Positions 8,825 through 23,129 of a stretch of 64,000 nt of DNA are shown here, in pieces. Source of the stretch: an uncultured Clostridia bacterium (GTDB lineage Bacteria; Bacillota; Clostridia; Oscillospirales; Oscillospiraceae); NCBI GenBank assembly GCA_938049025.1, contig CALIDF010000064.1, forward strand, positions 8,677 through 72,676. The letters run 5' to 3'. Below the pieces are notes generated by a model that saw only the letters and a program-made list of their open reading frames with translations, made no database searches and was not told where the DNA came from. Numbering within the stretch: the first letter of the stretch is position 1; the number at the start of each line of letters is the position of its first letter. The position numbers were made by a program, and so were the translations under genes.

Positions 8825-9502
8825 TTATTTATGCCAGGCTGCCGCCACCGTGGCAATATGGACCTCCTGGGCACCCATGCCCAGCAGAATCCGTCCGCAC
8901 TCATTGGCAGTCGCGCCGGTTGTAAAGATGTCGTCCACCAGCACGACCCGCTGCCCGGTCAGGTCTTGATTCGCAAAGGGCGCAAACGCCCCCGCCACAT
9001 TGGCACGCCGCTGCTCCGGCGTCGTCTGCCGGAACTGGGGGCGGGTATTGCGCACCTTTTTCAGCAGCTGCCGGGGCGGAACCTGCAGTTCTCTGCCCAC
9101 GGCTCTTGCCAGAAGCTCTGACTGGTCGTAGCCGCGCTTCATCCGACGCAGCGTACTGACCGGAACCCAGGTCAGGCAGTCAATCCCCTCCGGAAAGCTT
9201 TCCGTCAGCGCCATGGCCAGCATTCTGCCGTATCCGTTTGCCAGATGGGGTTGCCTGCAAAACTTGTACCGATGCAGGCTCTTGCGTACGTTCCCTTCAT
9301 AGTACCAGACAGAAGTGAAACTGTCAAGAAAGCGGAGGTTAAGATTTCCTTTTGGAGCAGGGTGGAGCCGGTTATAAGGATACACGGAGGCTTCCGTCCG
9401 GCATTTTATGCACAGATCCGTCTCCCGCGATTCCAGCAGCTTTCCGCACAGAATACACTTGGGCGGGTACAGCACCGTAAGCAGCCAATCCAGAACAATC
9501 AT
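8825..9502 (-). CDS. comF: ComF family protein (zinc ribbon plus PRTase)
   Basis: CxxC..CxxC, RGYDQS, VLVDDIFTTGAT. Confidence 0.9.
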   Translation of the reverse strand: MIVLDWLLTVLYPPKCILCGKLLESRETDLCIKCRTEASVYPYNRLHPAPKGNLNLRFLDSFTSVWYYEGNVRKSLHRYKFCRQPHLANGYGRMLAMALTESFPEGIDCLTWVPVSTLRRMKRGYDQSELLARAVGRELQVPPRQLLKKVRNTRPQFRQTTPEQRRANVAGAFAPFANQDLTGQRVVLVDDIFTTGATANECGRILLGMGAQEVHIATVAAAWHK

Positions 9503-11712
9503 GCGTTTTTCCCCTGCAAGCGAAGCTTCAGCCCCGTATAGCGACGATTCTTCCGGGCGTTTTCGGTCATGGTCTGCACCGTCTCCTCACGTCCTACAAT
9601 GATCAGCAGTTCCCGCGCCCGGGTGATGGCGGTATAAAGCACATTCCGGGACAGCAGATACGGTGAACCGCTCCATGCCGTCAGGATCACCGCCCGGTAC
9701 TCGCTGCCCTGACTCTTGTGAACGGTAACCGCATAAGCCGGTTCCAACTCGCCCAGCTGAGAGAAGTCGTACTCCGCCTGCCGGTCATCGAAAACCACCG
9801 TCATGGTCTCCCCTGCCGGGTCAATGGTACGGACCGTGCCCACGTCTCCGTTGAAGATTCCCGCGCCGACAGCGCTGCCATCCAGCTTCTGCCACATAAT
9901 ATCATAGTTATTGCGGATCTGCATGACCCGATCTCCTTCCCGGAAGGTGAAGTCTCCAGAAGGATGCTCCTTCTTATCCGGTGACGGAGGATTCAGCGCT
10001 GCCTGCAGCAGCTGGTTCAGGTTTCCGGTTCCGACCGTCCCCTTTCTGGTGGGTGAAAGCACCTGAATCTGCTCCGGTGGGATCCCCATATTTTTGGGCA
10101 GTCGGGTGGTGCAAAGCTCACGCACGGTCTGAACCAGTGACTCCTCCGACTGGCGGCGGAGAAAGAAGAAATCGCTTTTGGTATCCCGAAGCTCGGGGAA
10201 CTGCCCCTGGTTGACCCGGTGGGCGTTCATGACAATCAGGCTCTTCTGCGCCTGCCGGAAAATCTCCGTCAGGCGGGCCGTCGGCAGGCTTCCGCTGCGG
10301 AGCATATCGCTGAAAGGCGCACCGGGTCCCACCGGCGGGAGCTGATCCGGATCCCCGACCAGAATCAGCCGCTTTCCCTGTGGGACTGCCCGCAAAAGGC
10401 TGCCCAACAGCAGCACATCCACCATGGACATTTCATCCACAATAATAGCGTCCGCCTTCAGCGGATTATCCTCGTCCCGGGCAAAGACCATTTTCCCAGT
10501 TGCCGGGTCGATCCCTGCTTCCAGAAGGCGGTGGATGGTAGAGGCATCTGCCCCCGTCACCTCCGTCAGGCGCTTTGCTGCCCGCCCCGTAGGTGCCGCC
10601 AGAAGGGTTTTCAGTCCCATATTGTCAAACAGGTTCAGGATTCCCTTCAGAATTGTGGTTTTTCCGGTACCGGGGCCGCCGGTAATCAGCAGCAGCCCCT
10701 GTTCGGCAGCCGTCCGAATGGCATCCCGCTGTTCCTGAGAATAGGTGATCCCCGCCTCCGCAGCAGCCTTCGCGATCTTTCTGTCCAGTCCCGCGGGTGC
10801 CGGGAAATGGAGCGCCGCCGCGGCCGTCAGTGCACGGCAGCAGAAGGTCTCCGCCTCGTAAAGCTCCGGAAGGTAGGCAACAGGGATCTCCGTCAGGGTG
10901 TCGGTCACAAGCTTGTCCGCTTCCCGCAGGCGGGTCATGCCCTCCCGCACGGTTTCCTCCTCCACGGAAAGCAGCTGCGCCGTTGCAGCAGCCAACTTCT
11001 TTTCAGGCAGGAAGCTGTGTCCGGCGGAAAGATTATAGGTAAGCTCAAACAGGATGCCCGCCTCCACCCGCCGGGGATCGTCCGCCGCCACTCCGAGCTC
11101 AATGGCAAAGCGGTCCACCGCGCCGAAAGGTGCATCCAGCCCGTCATCCATCAGCAGGTACGGGTCCTCATACAAAAGCTCTGTCGCGCTGTCACCGTAC
11201 AGCTTGTAAGTACGGACCGCCAACTCTGCCGGAAGCCCATGGAGGGCAAAGAACTCCATCAGCTGGCGCATACCGGTCTGGAGCCGGAAGTCTTCGCCGA
11301 TCTGCTTAGCCCGTAGCGGCGTAATGCCCGGAATTTCCGCCAGCCGCCCCGGCTCCCGTTCCATGATTTTCAGAGTATCTTCCCCGAATTTCTCCACGAT
11401 CCGTGCGGCGGTTCTGGGGCCGATGCCCTTAATGACCTTGCTGGAAAGGTAGCTGAGGATTTCCATACCGGTCTGTGGCATCAGCCGCTCCAGAAATTCT
11501 GCCTCAAACTGCCGCCCATAGCTGGAATGGGTTCCCCACCTGCCTGTAACCACCAGCCGCTCGCCCACAACGGGCAGCGGAATGGTACCAACTACCGTCA
11601 CGTTCTGACCGCCGCCTACCGAAAGCCGTAGAACGGAATAGCCGTTTTCATAGTTCTGATATACCACCGCCGACACGGTGCCCTGTAGGATCTCCATTTC
11701 CTGCTGTGTCAA
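9499..11712 (-). CDS. recD2: ATP-dependent RecD2-like DNA helicase
   Basis: N-terminal OB/HhH region, GGPGTGKTT, APTGRAAKR, VDEMSM, TVHKSQGSE; TTG start. Confidence 0.93.
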   Translation of the reverse strand: MTQQEMEILQGTVSAVVYQNYENGYSVLRLSVGGGQNVTVVGTIPLPVVGERLVVTGRWGTHSSYGRQFEAEFLERLMPQTGMEILSYLSSKVIKGIGPRTAARIVEKFGEDTLKIMEREPGRLAEIPGITPLRAKQIGEDFRLQTGMRQLMEFFALHGLPAELAVRTYKLYGDSATELLYEDPYLLMDDGLDAPFGAVDRFAIELGVAADDPRRVEAGILFELTYNLSAGHSFLPEKKLAAATAQLLSVEEETVREGMTRLREADKLVTDTLTEIPVAYLPELYEAETFCCRALTAAAALHFPAPAGLDRKIAKAAAEAGITYSQEQRDAIRTAAEQGLLLITGGPGTGKTTILKGILNLFDNMGLKTLLAAPTGRAAKRLTEVTGADASTIHRLLEAGIDPATGKMVFARDEDNPLKADAIIVDEMSMVDVLLLGSLLRAVPQGKRLILVGDPDQLPPVGPGAPFSDMLRSGSLPTARLTEIFRQAQKSLIVMNAHRVNQGQFPELRDTKSDFFFLRRQSEESLVQTVRELCTTRLPKNMGIPPEQIQVLSPTRKGTVGTGNLNQLLQAALNPPSPDKKEHPSGDFTFREGDRVMQIRNNYDIMWQKLDGSAVGAGIFNGDVGTVRTIDPAGETMTVVFDDRQAEYDFSQLGELEPAYAVTVHKSQGSEYRAVILTAWSGSPYLLSRNVLYTAITRARELLIIVGREETVQTMTENARKNRRYTGLKLRLQGKNA

Positions 11713-11977
11713 ATTCTTTCTCTCCTGTCTGAAGCCGCCGGAGAAGCTCCGACGGTAAAACCGGTTCTACACCCGATATATCTGTGCTTTCTTCGGAAGC
11801 AGTCAAAACTTCGCCACGGAACAAACCGGCTTCCCGCAAAAGCTTCATTCTCCGAACAAATAGCGGACTTCCGATACAAATCACCGTCCCGCTGCCGCCG
11901 CTGAGCAGCCAGCCGAACAGCGCCCACAGGGCTGCAAATGCCCCAAAGGCACCCAGCGCCCCCGCAAGGATCCACAT
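11648..11977 (-). CDS. Hypothetical small membrane-anchored protein
   Basis: Hydrophobic N-terminus and purine-rich RBS; overlaps the recD2 start by 65 nt. Confidence 0.5.
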   Translation of the reverse strand: MWILAGALGAFGAFAALWALFGWLLSGGSGTVICIGSPLFVRRMKLLREAGLFRGEVLTASEESTDISGVEPVLPSELLRRLQTGEKEFDTAGNGDPTGHRVGGGISEL

Positions 11978-12153
11978 TCCTATTCCCCCTCAAAAAGAGG
12001 ATATGCGGCTTTGCGTTTCCGGGGGCATGTCCCCGCATGATTTTATTTTACTACATTTTCTCCTGAAAAGATAGTCTTTTTTCAAGGGACTTATTCCGTC
12101 TTTCTTTTTGTGCAATTCGATGTATTTGCCCAACGTAATTTCGCAAATCTCGC

Positions 12154-12182
12154 TTGCATTCTGACCGTTTTTCGGGTATAAT
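12154..12182 (+). promoter_or_regulatory. Sigma-A promoter of the atp operon
   Basis: TTGCAT-17bp-TATAAT. Confidence 0.75.
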
Positions 12183-12255
12183 ATGGAAATAGATCAATAG
12201 ACCGCCGGGCAGCTTTTCTCCGGCAGTTTTTGTGCGCATGCAAGGGAGGCTCAAT

Positions 12256-12510
12256 GTGAAGGATCTGAATCTGCTGGTCTTCCTGACCCAGCTTGGCTTC
12301 ACGGTGGCTTTCCCGCTTGCCGGCTTTGTGCTCCTTGCCGTGTGGCTGCGGGACCGGTTTCAGTGGGGCTCCTGGGTCATTTATGCAGGGCTTGCATTGG
12401 GGCTTATCTGTGCCGTCACCGGCTTTCGGGATTCTCTGAAAACCATGGAGCGACTGTCCCGGGATTCCAAGAAAAAGGATCCGCCAGTCTCTTTTAACGA
12501 ACACGATTAA
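12256..12510 (+). CDS. AtpZ/AtpQ-type F-ATPase accessory membrane protein
   Basis: Two TM helices, first gene of the atp operon, GGGAGG RBS before GTG 12256. Confidence 0.75.
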   Translation: MKDLNLLVFLTQLGFTVAFPLAGFVLLAVWLRDRFQWGSWVIYAGLALGLICAVTGFRDSLKTMERLSRDSKKKDPPVSFNEHD

Positions 12511-12524
12511 CCAGGAGGCTTTTT

Positions 12525-12920
12525 ATGACGTCGCTGAAAAACGCTCTGCGCACCACCGCGCCCATTGCTTTGGGTGTAGCGCTGATGACCGGGTTAATGC
12601 TTCTCATCTATGCACTTGCCGGGCATTTCCGCTCTTCCGTTCTGGGAGGCGGTCTTTTGGGTATGCTGCTTGCCCTCGGTAACTTTTTCCTGATGGCGCT
12701 GTCTGCAGACACCGCAGCCCGGAAAGCAGAGCAGCAGGATGTAAAAGGCGGACAGGTTGTCATGCAGCTGTCTTATATTTTTCGTTTTGTTCTTCTCTTC
12801 GCCCTGCTGGCAGCAGGCGTGAAGTTACTGGATTTGAATCCTCTGGCTTCGGTTCTGCCGGTGGTTTTTGTCCGCCCCGTGATTGCGATTTATGAGCTTT
12901 TTCGAAAGAAAGGTGCGTAA
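12525..12920 (+). CDS. atpI: ATP synthase assembly protein I
   Basis: Four-TM protein directly upstream of atpB. Confidence 0.75.
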   Translation: MTSLKNALRTTAPIALGVALMTGLMLLIYALAGHFRSSVLGGGLLGMLLALGNFFLMALSADTAARKAEQQDVKGGQVVMQLSYIFRFVLLFALLAAGVKLLDLNPLASVLPVVFVRPVIAIYELFRKKGA

Positions 12921-12926
12921 GGCTTT

Positions 12927-13832
12927 ATGAGTGTTGATGTTCGAGGACCTTTTATTTATTTCACCATTCCCATTTTAGGTGGGCTGCGGATTACTCAGAC
13001 GCTGGTTTCCTCTTCCGTTGTAACGCTGATTTTGTGCATTGCCTTTATTCAGCTGGGCAAAGGTCTTACCAAACGCCCCTCCGGGAAGCAGGTTCTGGTG
13101 GAGAAAAGCATCAGCATGCTGTACAGCATGACCATCGAGTCCATGGGTGCCCATAATGCCCACTGGTTTCCCTTTATCTGCACCCTGTTCCTGAGCAGCA
13201 TCTGCGGCAGTCTCATCGGCATGACCGGATTTCTTCGTTCCACCACTGCCGATGTGAGTACGACCTTGACCTGGGCAATTATGGTTTCCGTGATTATCTG
13301 GTATAACAACATCTCCCGCAACGGCTTTGTCGGCTGGCTGAAGGGCTTTACGGAGCCGATTGTGGTTATGACGCCCATGAATATCATTTCGGAAATCGCC
13401 CAGCCCATCAGCATGGGCTTCCGTCATTTCGGCAATGTTGCCGGCGGCGGCGTCATCACCACGATTCTTTACAGCGCCCTGTCTCTGCTGTCCTCCGTCA
13501 TTCTGAATCTGATCGCTTCCAGCGGCGTTGCCGTCTGTATCGTCCTATTGGTGCTTGCCGCAGGACTTGTTCTGTGGGGAAAGCGAAACGGCAAAAAGGG
13601 GCTGCTGATTTTCGGCTGCATCACCGGTGTGCTGGGACTGTTCGGTCTTTTGCAGACGCTGGGACTTCTTTCCGGGGTACCTATTTTCACCTTTGGTATT
13701 CCCGCCGTCCTGTCACTGTACTTTGACCTGTTCTCAGGCTTTGTTCAGGCACTGGTATTTACGCTGCTGTCCATGATCTACATCGCAGCCGCCTGTTCTC
13801 CCGATGAGGATGAAAATGCTCAGGCTGCGTGA
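12927..13832 (+). CDS. atpB: F0F1 ATP synthase subunit a
   Basis: TTADVSTT, PMNIISEIAQPISMGFRHFGN (essential Arg), QALVFTLLSMIYI. Confidence 0.93.
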   Translation: MSVDVRGPFIYFTIPILGGLRITQTLVSSSVVTLILCIAFIQLGKGLTKRPSGKQVLVEKSISMLYSMTIESMGAHNAHWFPFICTLFLSSICGSLIGMTGFLRSTTADVSTTLTWAIMVSVIIWYNNISRNGFVGWLKGFTEPIVVMTPMNIISEIAQPISMGFRHFGNVAGGGVITTILYSALSLLSSVILNLIASSGVAVCIVLLVLAAGLVLWGKRNGKKGLLIFGCITGVLGLFGLLQTLGLLSGVPIFTFGIPAVLSLYFDLFSGFVQALVFTLLSMIYIAAACSPDEDENAQAA

Positions 13833-13899
13833 CCTCTTTTTCTCTTTTGTTAACCCATAAAAATAAAAAATAAAAACCATCATTTAGGAGGAACTTTTT

Positions 13900-14148
13900 A
13901 TGGAACTCGCATCTGCTATTGCAATTGCCGGTAAGGCTATCGGTGCAGGTATCTGCATGGGTATCGGCGCTATCGGTCCCGGCGTCGGCGAAGGTACTGC
14001 CGTTGCTCACGCACTGGATGGCATGGCCCGTCAGCCCGAGGCTACCGGTACCCTGCGTACTAACATGATCCTTGGCTGCGCCATCGCGGAAACTACCGGT
14101 ATTTACTCTCTGATTATTGCCTTCCTGATTCTGTTCGCACTGAAGTGA
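13900..14148 (+). CDS. atpE: F0F1 ATP synthase subunit c
   Basis: GxGxGxG helix, ARQPE loop, AETTGIY. Confidence 0.96.
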   Translation: MELASAIAIAGKAIGAGICMGIGAIGPGVGEGTAVAHALDGMARQPEATGTLRTNMILGCAIAETTGIYSLIIAFLILFALK

Positions 14149-14187
14149 TCCTCTTTCGGATCCCGTTACGAAAGGAGGAACGGCGAA

Positions 14188-14694
14188 ATGGAACAATTTG
14201 AAGCCTTTCTTGGCTTTAACCCGGTGACGGCGCTGTTTACCCTGCTGAACTTTCTGCTGGTGCTGTATGTAGGCAAGAAGTTCCTTTACGGTCCGGTCAT
14301 GAAAATGATCGCGGAGCGTCAGAAGGAAATCGACGACATGTACAGCAGCGCAAAGAAAGCAAGCGATGACGCGGCAAAGCTGCGGGAAACCTACCAGCAG
14401 CACCTGCACGACGCTCAGTCCGAATCTGACCGGATCGTGCGGGAGGCTACCACCCGTGCTCAGAGCAGGGAAGAGGAAATTCTCCGCAAAGCCAGTGCCG
14501 ATGCCGACGCAATTCGCAACAAAGCCATTGCGGACATTGCACAGGAAAAGAAAAAGGCGGTCAATGACGCCAAAAACGAGATTTCCGGACTGGCTCTGGC
14601 AATTGCCGGTAAGGTAGTTGAGAAAGAGCTGAAGCCCGAGGAGCAGTCCGCCATGATTGACCGCTTTATCAATGAATTGGGTGATCAGGTATGA
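14188..14694 (+). CDS. atpF: F0F1 ATP synthase subunit b
   Basis: N-terminal TM (LLNFLLV..KKFLYGP) followed by a coiled coil. Confidence 0.93.
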   Translation: MEQFEAFLGFNPVTALFTLLNFLLVLYVGKKFLYGPVMKMIAERQKEIDDMYSSAKKASDDAAKLRETYQQHLHDAQSESDRIVREATTRAQSREEEILRKASADADAIRNKAIADIAQEKKKAVNDAKNEISGLALAIAGKVVEKELKPEEQSAMIDRFINELGDQV

Positions 14695-15230
14695 CCCAGG
14701 CTGGAACCGTTTACGCACAGGCACTTTATGAGCTTGCCCGGGATAAGGGGCTGGATGAGGCCATTCATTCCGAAATGGAAGCACTGGACAGGAGTTTTTC
14801 CGAAAATCCGGATTACATCCGCCTGCTCAGTTCGGCAAATCTTCCCAAGGAGGAGCGGTGCCGGATTCTTGACGAGGGATTTCGTGGGAAAATTCAGCCG
14901 TATCTGCTGAACTTTCTGAAAATTCTGGTCGAACGGGATCATATCCGCCTGTTTCCCGATTGCTGCCGGGTGTACACCCGGATGTACCAGCAGGATCACA
15001 ATATTCTCAGCGTCACAGCCTCCACCGCGGTTCCTTTGACCCCGGCACAGGAAGCGGCACTGACAGAAAAACTCTCCGGCATTACGGGCAAGACCATCTT
15101 GCTGCGTAATCAGGTAGACCCCGGGGTTCTCGGCGGCGTCAAGCTGAGCTATGACGGCAAGTGTCTGGAGGACACCGTGTCCCATCGGCTGGGACAAATC
15201 CGGGATCTGCTGAAAAACACCGTACTCTGA
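14691..15230 (+). CDS. atpH: F1 subunit delta
   Basis: YAQALY, VDPGVLGG motifs; operon position. Confidence 0.93.
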   Translation: MTQAGTVYAQALYELARDKGLDEAIHSEMEALDRSFSENPDYIRLLSSANLPKEERCRILDEGFRGKIQPYLLNFLKILVERDHIRLFPDCCRVYTRMYQQDHNILSVTASTAVPLTPAQEAALTEKLSGITGKTILLRNQVDPGVLGGVKLSYDGKCLEDTVSHRLGQIRDLLKNTVL

Positions 15231-16760
<1,530 letters not shown>

Positions 16761-16772
16761 GGAGGGAACAAG

Positions 16773-19452
<2,680 letters not shown>

Positions 19453-19462
19453 CAGATTTTCT

Positions 19463-19513
19463 GCCCGCAAGGGAAACCTTCCCCGGTTTTCCTTGCGGGC
19501 ATTTACTTTTTTT
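19463..19513 (+). terminator. atp operon terminator
   Basis: GCCCGCAAGGGAAACC/GGTTTTCCTTGCGGGC stem plus T-run. Confidence 0.8.
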
Positions 19514-19534
19514 CACAAATTTTCTGTTTTCCTC

Positions 19535-19563
19535 TTGTAAATTCTGCTGATTTGGCGTATACT
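19535..19563 (+). promoter_or_regulatory. Sigma-A promoter of asnS
   Basis: TTGTAA-17bp-TATACT. Confidence 0.65.
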
Positions 19564-19596
19564 AACTGTATTTCCCGAGAGAGAGGATCAAGAATT

Positions 19597-20988
19597 ATGG
19601 AACTTATTTCTGTCAGAGACCTGTTCAAGCACACGGAGGATTACGCCGGTAAGACCGTCACCGTTGGCGGCTGGGTGCGCTCCATCCGTGCTAGCAAGCA
19701 GTTTGGATTCATCGTACTGGGTGACGGCACGTTCTTTAACCCCGTGCAGGTGGTTTATCATGACAATATGGAAAATTTCCAGCAGATATCCAAGACCAAT
19801 GTGGGCGCTGCCCTGATCGTTTCCGGTGAACTGGTGCTGACCCCGGACGCAAAGCAGCCCTTTGAAATTCAGGCGGAATCCGTAACGGTGGAGGGCGCCT
19901 CTACCGGAGACTATCCCCTGCAGAAGAAGCGCCACTCCATGGAGTTCCTGCGGACCATGCCCCATCTGCGGCCCCGCACCAACACCTTTCAGGCTGTGTT
20001 CCGTGTCCGCAGCCTGATTGCCTACGCCATTCACCAGTTCTTCCAGGAACGGGACTTTGTGTACGTTCACACGCCTCTCATTACCGGTTCCGACTGTGAG
20101 GGCGCCGGTGAAATGTTCCAGGTCACCACGATGGACCTGAACAGCATCCCGAAAACCGAGGACGGCAAAATCGACTACAAGCAGGACTTCTTCGGCAAGC
20201 CTACCAATCTGACCGTCTCCGGTCAGCTGAACGGTGAGACCTTCGCCATGGCTTTCCGCAATATCTATACCTTCGGTCCCACCTTCCGGGCTGAGAACTC
20301 CAATACCACCCGTCATGCTGCCGAGTTCTGGATGATCGAGCCGGAAATTGCCTTTGCCGACCTGAGCGATGACATGCGTCTGGCTGAGGATATGATCAAG
20401 TACATCATTTCCTTCGTTCTGGAGCGGGCGCCCGAGGAAATGAACTTCTTCAACAGCTTCGTGGACAAGGGGTTGCTGGAACGTCTGAATCATGTGCTGA
20501 ACTCCGACTTCGGTCACATCACCTATACCGATGCCATTGCTCTGCTGGAGCAGCACAACGACCAGTTTGAGTACCCTGTTCACTGGGGCAGCGACCTGCA
20601 GACCGAGCACGAGCGGTATCTGACCGAAATCATTTTCCAGAAGCCTGTTTTTGTCACCGACTATCCCAAGGAGATCAAGGCTTTCTACATGAAGCTGAAT
20701 CCCGACGGAAAGACCGTCGCCGCCATGGACTGTCTGGTTCCCGGCATCGGCGAGATCATCGGCGGCTCTCAGCGTGAGGACAACTACGAGCTGCTGAAAG
20801 CCCGTATTGAGGAACTGGGCATGCGGGAAGAGGACTACGGCTTCTACATGGATCTTCGGAAATACGGCTCCGCTCGCCACGCCGGTTTCGGTCTGGGCTT
20901 TGAGCGCTGCGTCATGTACCTGACAGGCATGAGCAACATCCGGGATGTCCTCCCCTTCCCCAGAACCGTCGGCAACTGCGAAATCTGA
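19597..20988 (+). CDS. asnS: Asparagine--tRNA ligase
   Basis: GWVRSIR OB fold, [36 protein letters not shown]. Confidence 0.97.
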   Translation: MELISVRDLFKHTEDYAGKTVTVGGWVRSIRASKQFGFIVLGDGTFFNPVQVVYHDNMENFQQISKTNVGAALIVSGELVLTPDAKQPFEIQAESVTVEGASTGDYPLQKKRHSMEFLRTMPHLRPRTNTFQAVFRVRSLIAYAIHQFFQERDFVYVHTPLITGSDCEGAGEMFQVTTMDLNSIPKTEDGKIDYKQDFFGKPTNLTVSGQLNGETFAMAFRNIYTFGPTFRAENSNTTRHAAEFWMIEPEIAFADLSDDMRLAEDMIKYIISFVLERAPEEMNFFNSFVDKGLLERLNHVLNSDFGHITYTDAIALLEQHNDQFEYPVHWGSDLQTEHERYLTEIIFQKPVFVTDYPKEIKAFYMKLNPDGKTVAAMDCLVPGIGEIIGGSQREDNYELLKARIEELGMREEDYGFYMDLRKYGSARHAGFGLGFERCVMYLTGMSNIRDVLPFPRTVGNCEI

Positions 20989-20995
20989 CACATAG

Positions 20996-21039
20996 CGAAA
21001 GCCCTTCCGATGCGCAACGCACCGGAAGGGCTTTCGTTT
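20996..21039. terminator. Terminator between convergent asnS and uvrB
   Basis: CGAAAGCCCTTCCG/CGGAAGGGCTTTCG stem. Confidence 0.75.
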
Positions 21040-21152
21040 GTCCTGAAGGAATCAAGGCTTTTTTCATAAATCTGAACCGGCGCGCAGTATGGGGGGAGCC
21101 GAGAAGGAATCTCCTGCGATGCGGCAATTTTCCTCCCATTCCGTATGGCCGG

Positions 21153-23117
21153 TCAGTCTTTGCCGCGCAGTTCGATGATCTGGTCTCGAAGGACGGCGGC
21201 GTATTCGTATTCCATCATCCGGGCAGCTTCCTTCATCTGCTTTTCCAATCTCGCAATTTCCTTTTCCTTCTCCACCTTTGTCATCTTGACACCGGTACGG
21301 CCCTTTCGCTCGGCGGTAGGAGAGGAAATTTCGATCAGGTCCCGGACAGATTTGATGATGGTTTTCGGTACGATGCCATGAGCCTTGTTGTAGGCGTCCT
21401 GAATGCCCCGGCGGCGTTCCGTCTCCGTAATGGCTGCGCGCATGGAGGGCGTCACGGAATCGGCGTACATGATCACCTTGCCGTCGGCATTCCGGGCTGC
21501 CCGGCCGATGGTCTGGATCAGGCTGGTCTCGCTGCGGAGGAAGCCCTCTTTGTCTGCATCCAGAATGGCCACAAGGCTCACCTCCGGCAGGTCCAGGCCC
21601 TCTCGAAGCAGATTGATGCCCACAAGCACATCAAACTTTGCCATCCGCAGGTCCCGGATAATCTCCATCCGCTCCATGGCACCAATGTCGGAGTGCATGT
21701 AGCGCACCCGAATGCCCGCCTTTTGCAGGTAGACGGTCAGATCCTCCGCCATTTTCTTGGTCAGAGTGGTGACAAGTACCCGTTCCTCCCGGGCGGTTCG
21801 GGTGTTGATCTCGCCGATGAGATCGTCGATCTGCCCGTCAATGGGTCGGACCTCCACCTCCGGGTCAAGAAGCCCTGTGGGGCGAATCACCTGCTCCACA
21901 GTCTGCCCCGACCGGGAACGCTCATAATCCGAAGGGGTAGCGGAAACGTAAATAACCTGATTCAGCTTGCTGTCAAACTCCTGAAAATTCAAGGGGCGAT
22001 TGTCGTAAGCGGAAGGGAGCCGGAAGCCGTAGTTCACCAACGCATCCTTTCGACTCCGGTCTCCGGCATACATGGCACGGCACTGTGGCAGGGTCACGTG
22101 GCTTTCGTCAATAAACATCAGGAAGTCCTTTGGGAAGTAATCCAGCAGCGTAGTGGGCGGCGTACCCGGCGCCCGGCCCTGAATGACCCGAGAATAGTTC
22201 TCGATGCCGGAGCAGAAGCCAATTTCCGTCAGCATTTCCAGATCGTAAGCCGTCCGCTGGGCAATGCGCTGGGCCTCAATGAGTTTGTTATTGTCATTGA
22301 AAAACTGAACCTGCCGGTCGCATTCCTTCTGAATTTCCAGCATGGCCCGCTGCATTTTTTCCCTGGAAGCTACGTAGTGGCTGGCGGGGTAAATTGCCAC
22401 ATGGTCCAGATACCGCTCGGCGATGCCGGAAACGGCGTTGATCTCGCTGATCCGATCGATCTCGTCCCCGAAAAATTCCACCCGGATGGCACGTCCGGAC
22501 CAGTAGGCAGGGTAAATTTCCAACGTGTCCCCCCGCACCCGGAACTTGTTCCGGGAGAAATCCAGATCGTTCCGCTCATAGCGGATCTCCGTCAGCTTCT
22601 TGAGGATCCCGTCCATGGGGTGCTCCTGTCCGACCCGGAGGGAAATAACCATACTCTTGTAGTCAATGGGGTCGCCCAATCCGTACAGGCAACTGACGGA
22701 CGCCACTACGATCACGTCCCGTCGTTCAAACAGTGCGGAGGTTGCGGAGTGGCGAAGCCGGTCAATTTCCTCATTGATAGCGGAGTCCTTTTCAATATAG
22801 GTATCGGTGTGGGCGATATACGCCTCAGGCTGGTAGTAATCGTAGTAAGAAATAAAATATTCCACCGCATTTTCCGGAAAAAACTCCCGGAATTCCGAGC
22901 AAAGCTGGGCAGCAAGGGTTTTGTTATGGGCCAGCACCAGCGTGGGCCGGTTGACCCGGGCAATGACGGAAGCCATGGTAAAGGTTTTTCCGGAACCGGT
23001 AACACCCAACAGCGTCTGCTCCCGCAGACCCAGTTCCACACCCCGGGTCAAGGCTTCAATTGCCTCCGGCTGATCGCCGGAGGGCGCGAAAGGGGAAACC
23101 AGCTTGAAATGATCCAT
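21153..23117 (-). CDS. uvrB: Excinuclease ABC subunit B
   Basis: [29 protein letters not shown]-terminal UVR domain; AGGAG RBS favours ATG 23117. Confidence 0.97.
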   Translation of the reverse strand: MDHFKLVSPFAPSGDQPEAIEALTRGVELGLREQTLLGVTGSGKTFTMASVIARVNRPTLVLAHNKTLAAQLCSEFREFFPENAVEYFISYYDYYQPEAYIAHTDTYIEKDSAINEEIDRLRHSATSALFERRDVIVVASVSCLYGLGDPIDYKSMVISLRVGQEHPMDGILKKLTEIRYERNDLDFSRNKFRVRGDTLEIYPAYWSGRAIRVEFFGDEIDRISEINAVSGIAERYLDHVAIYPASHYVASREKMQRAMLEIQKECDRQVQFFNDNNKLIEAQRIAQRTAYDLEMLTEIGFCSGIENYSRVIQGRAPGTPPTTLLDYFPKDFLMFIDESHVTLPQCRAMYAGDRSRKDALVNYGFRLPSAYDNRPLNFQEFDSKLNQVIYVSATPSDYERSRSGQTVEQVIRPTGLLDPEVEVRPIDGQIDDLIGEINTRTAREERVLVTTLTKKMAEDLTVYLQKAGIRVRYMHSDIGAMERMEIIRDLRMAKFDVLVGINLLREGLDLPEVSLVAILDADKEGFLRSETSLIQTIGRAARNADGKVIMYADSVTPSMRAAITETERRRGIQDAYNKAHGIVPKTIIKSVRDLIEISSPTAERKGRTGVKMTKVEKEKEIARLEKQMKEAARMMEYEYAAVLRDQIIELRGKD

Positions 23118-23129
23118 AAAATGCACTCC

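Noticed and set aside
19563..19597. T-box riboswitch before asnS
   Set aside because: The leader is only about 30 nt after the predicted promoter; no T-box consensus
21076..21150. Possible structured RNA between the asnS terminator and the uvrB end
   Set aside because: Only weak, interrupted pairing and no promoter; best explained as a 3' UTR stem
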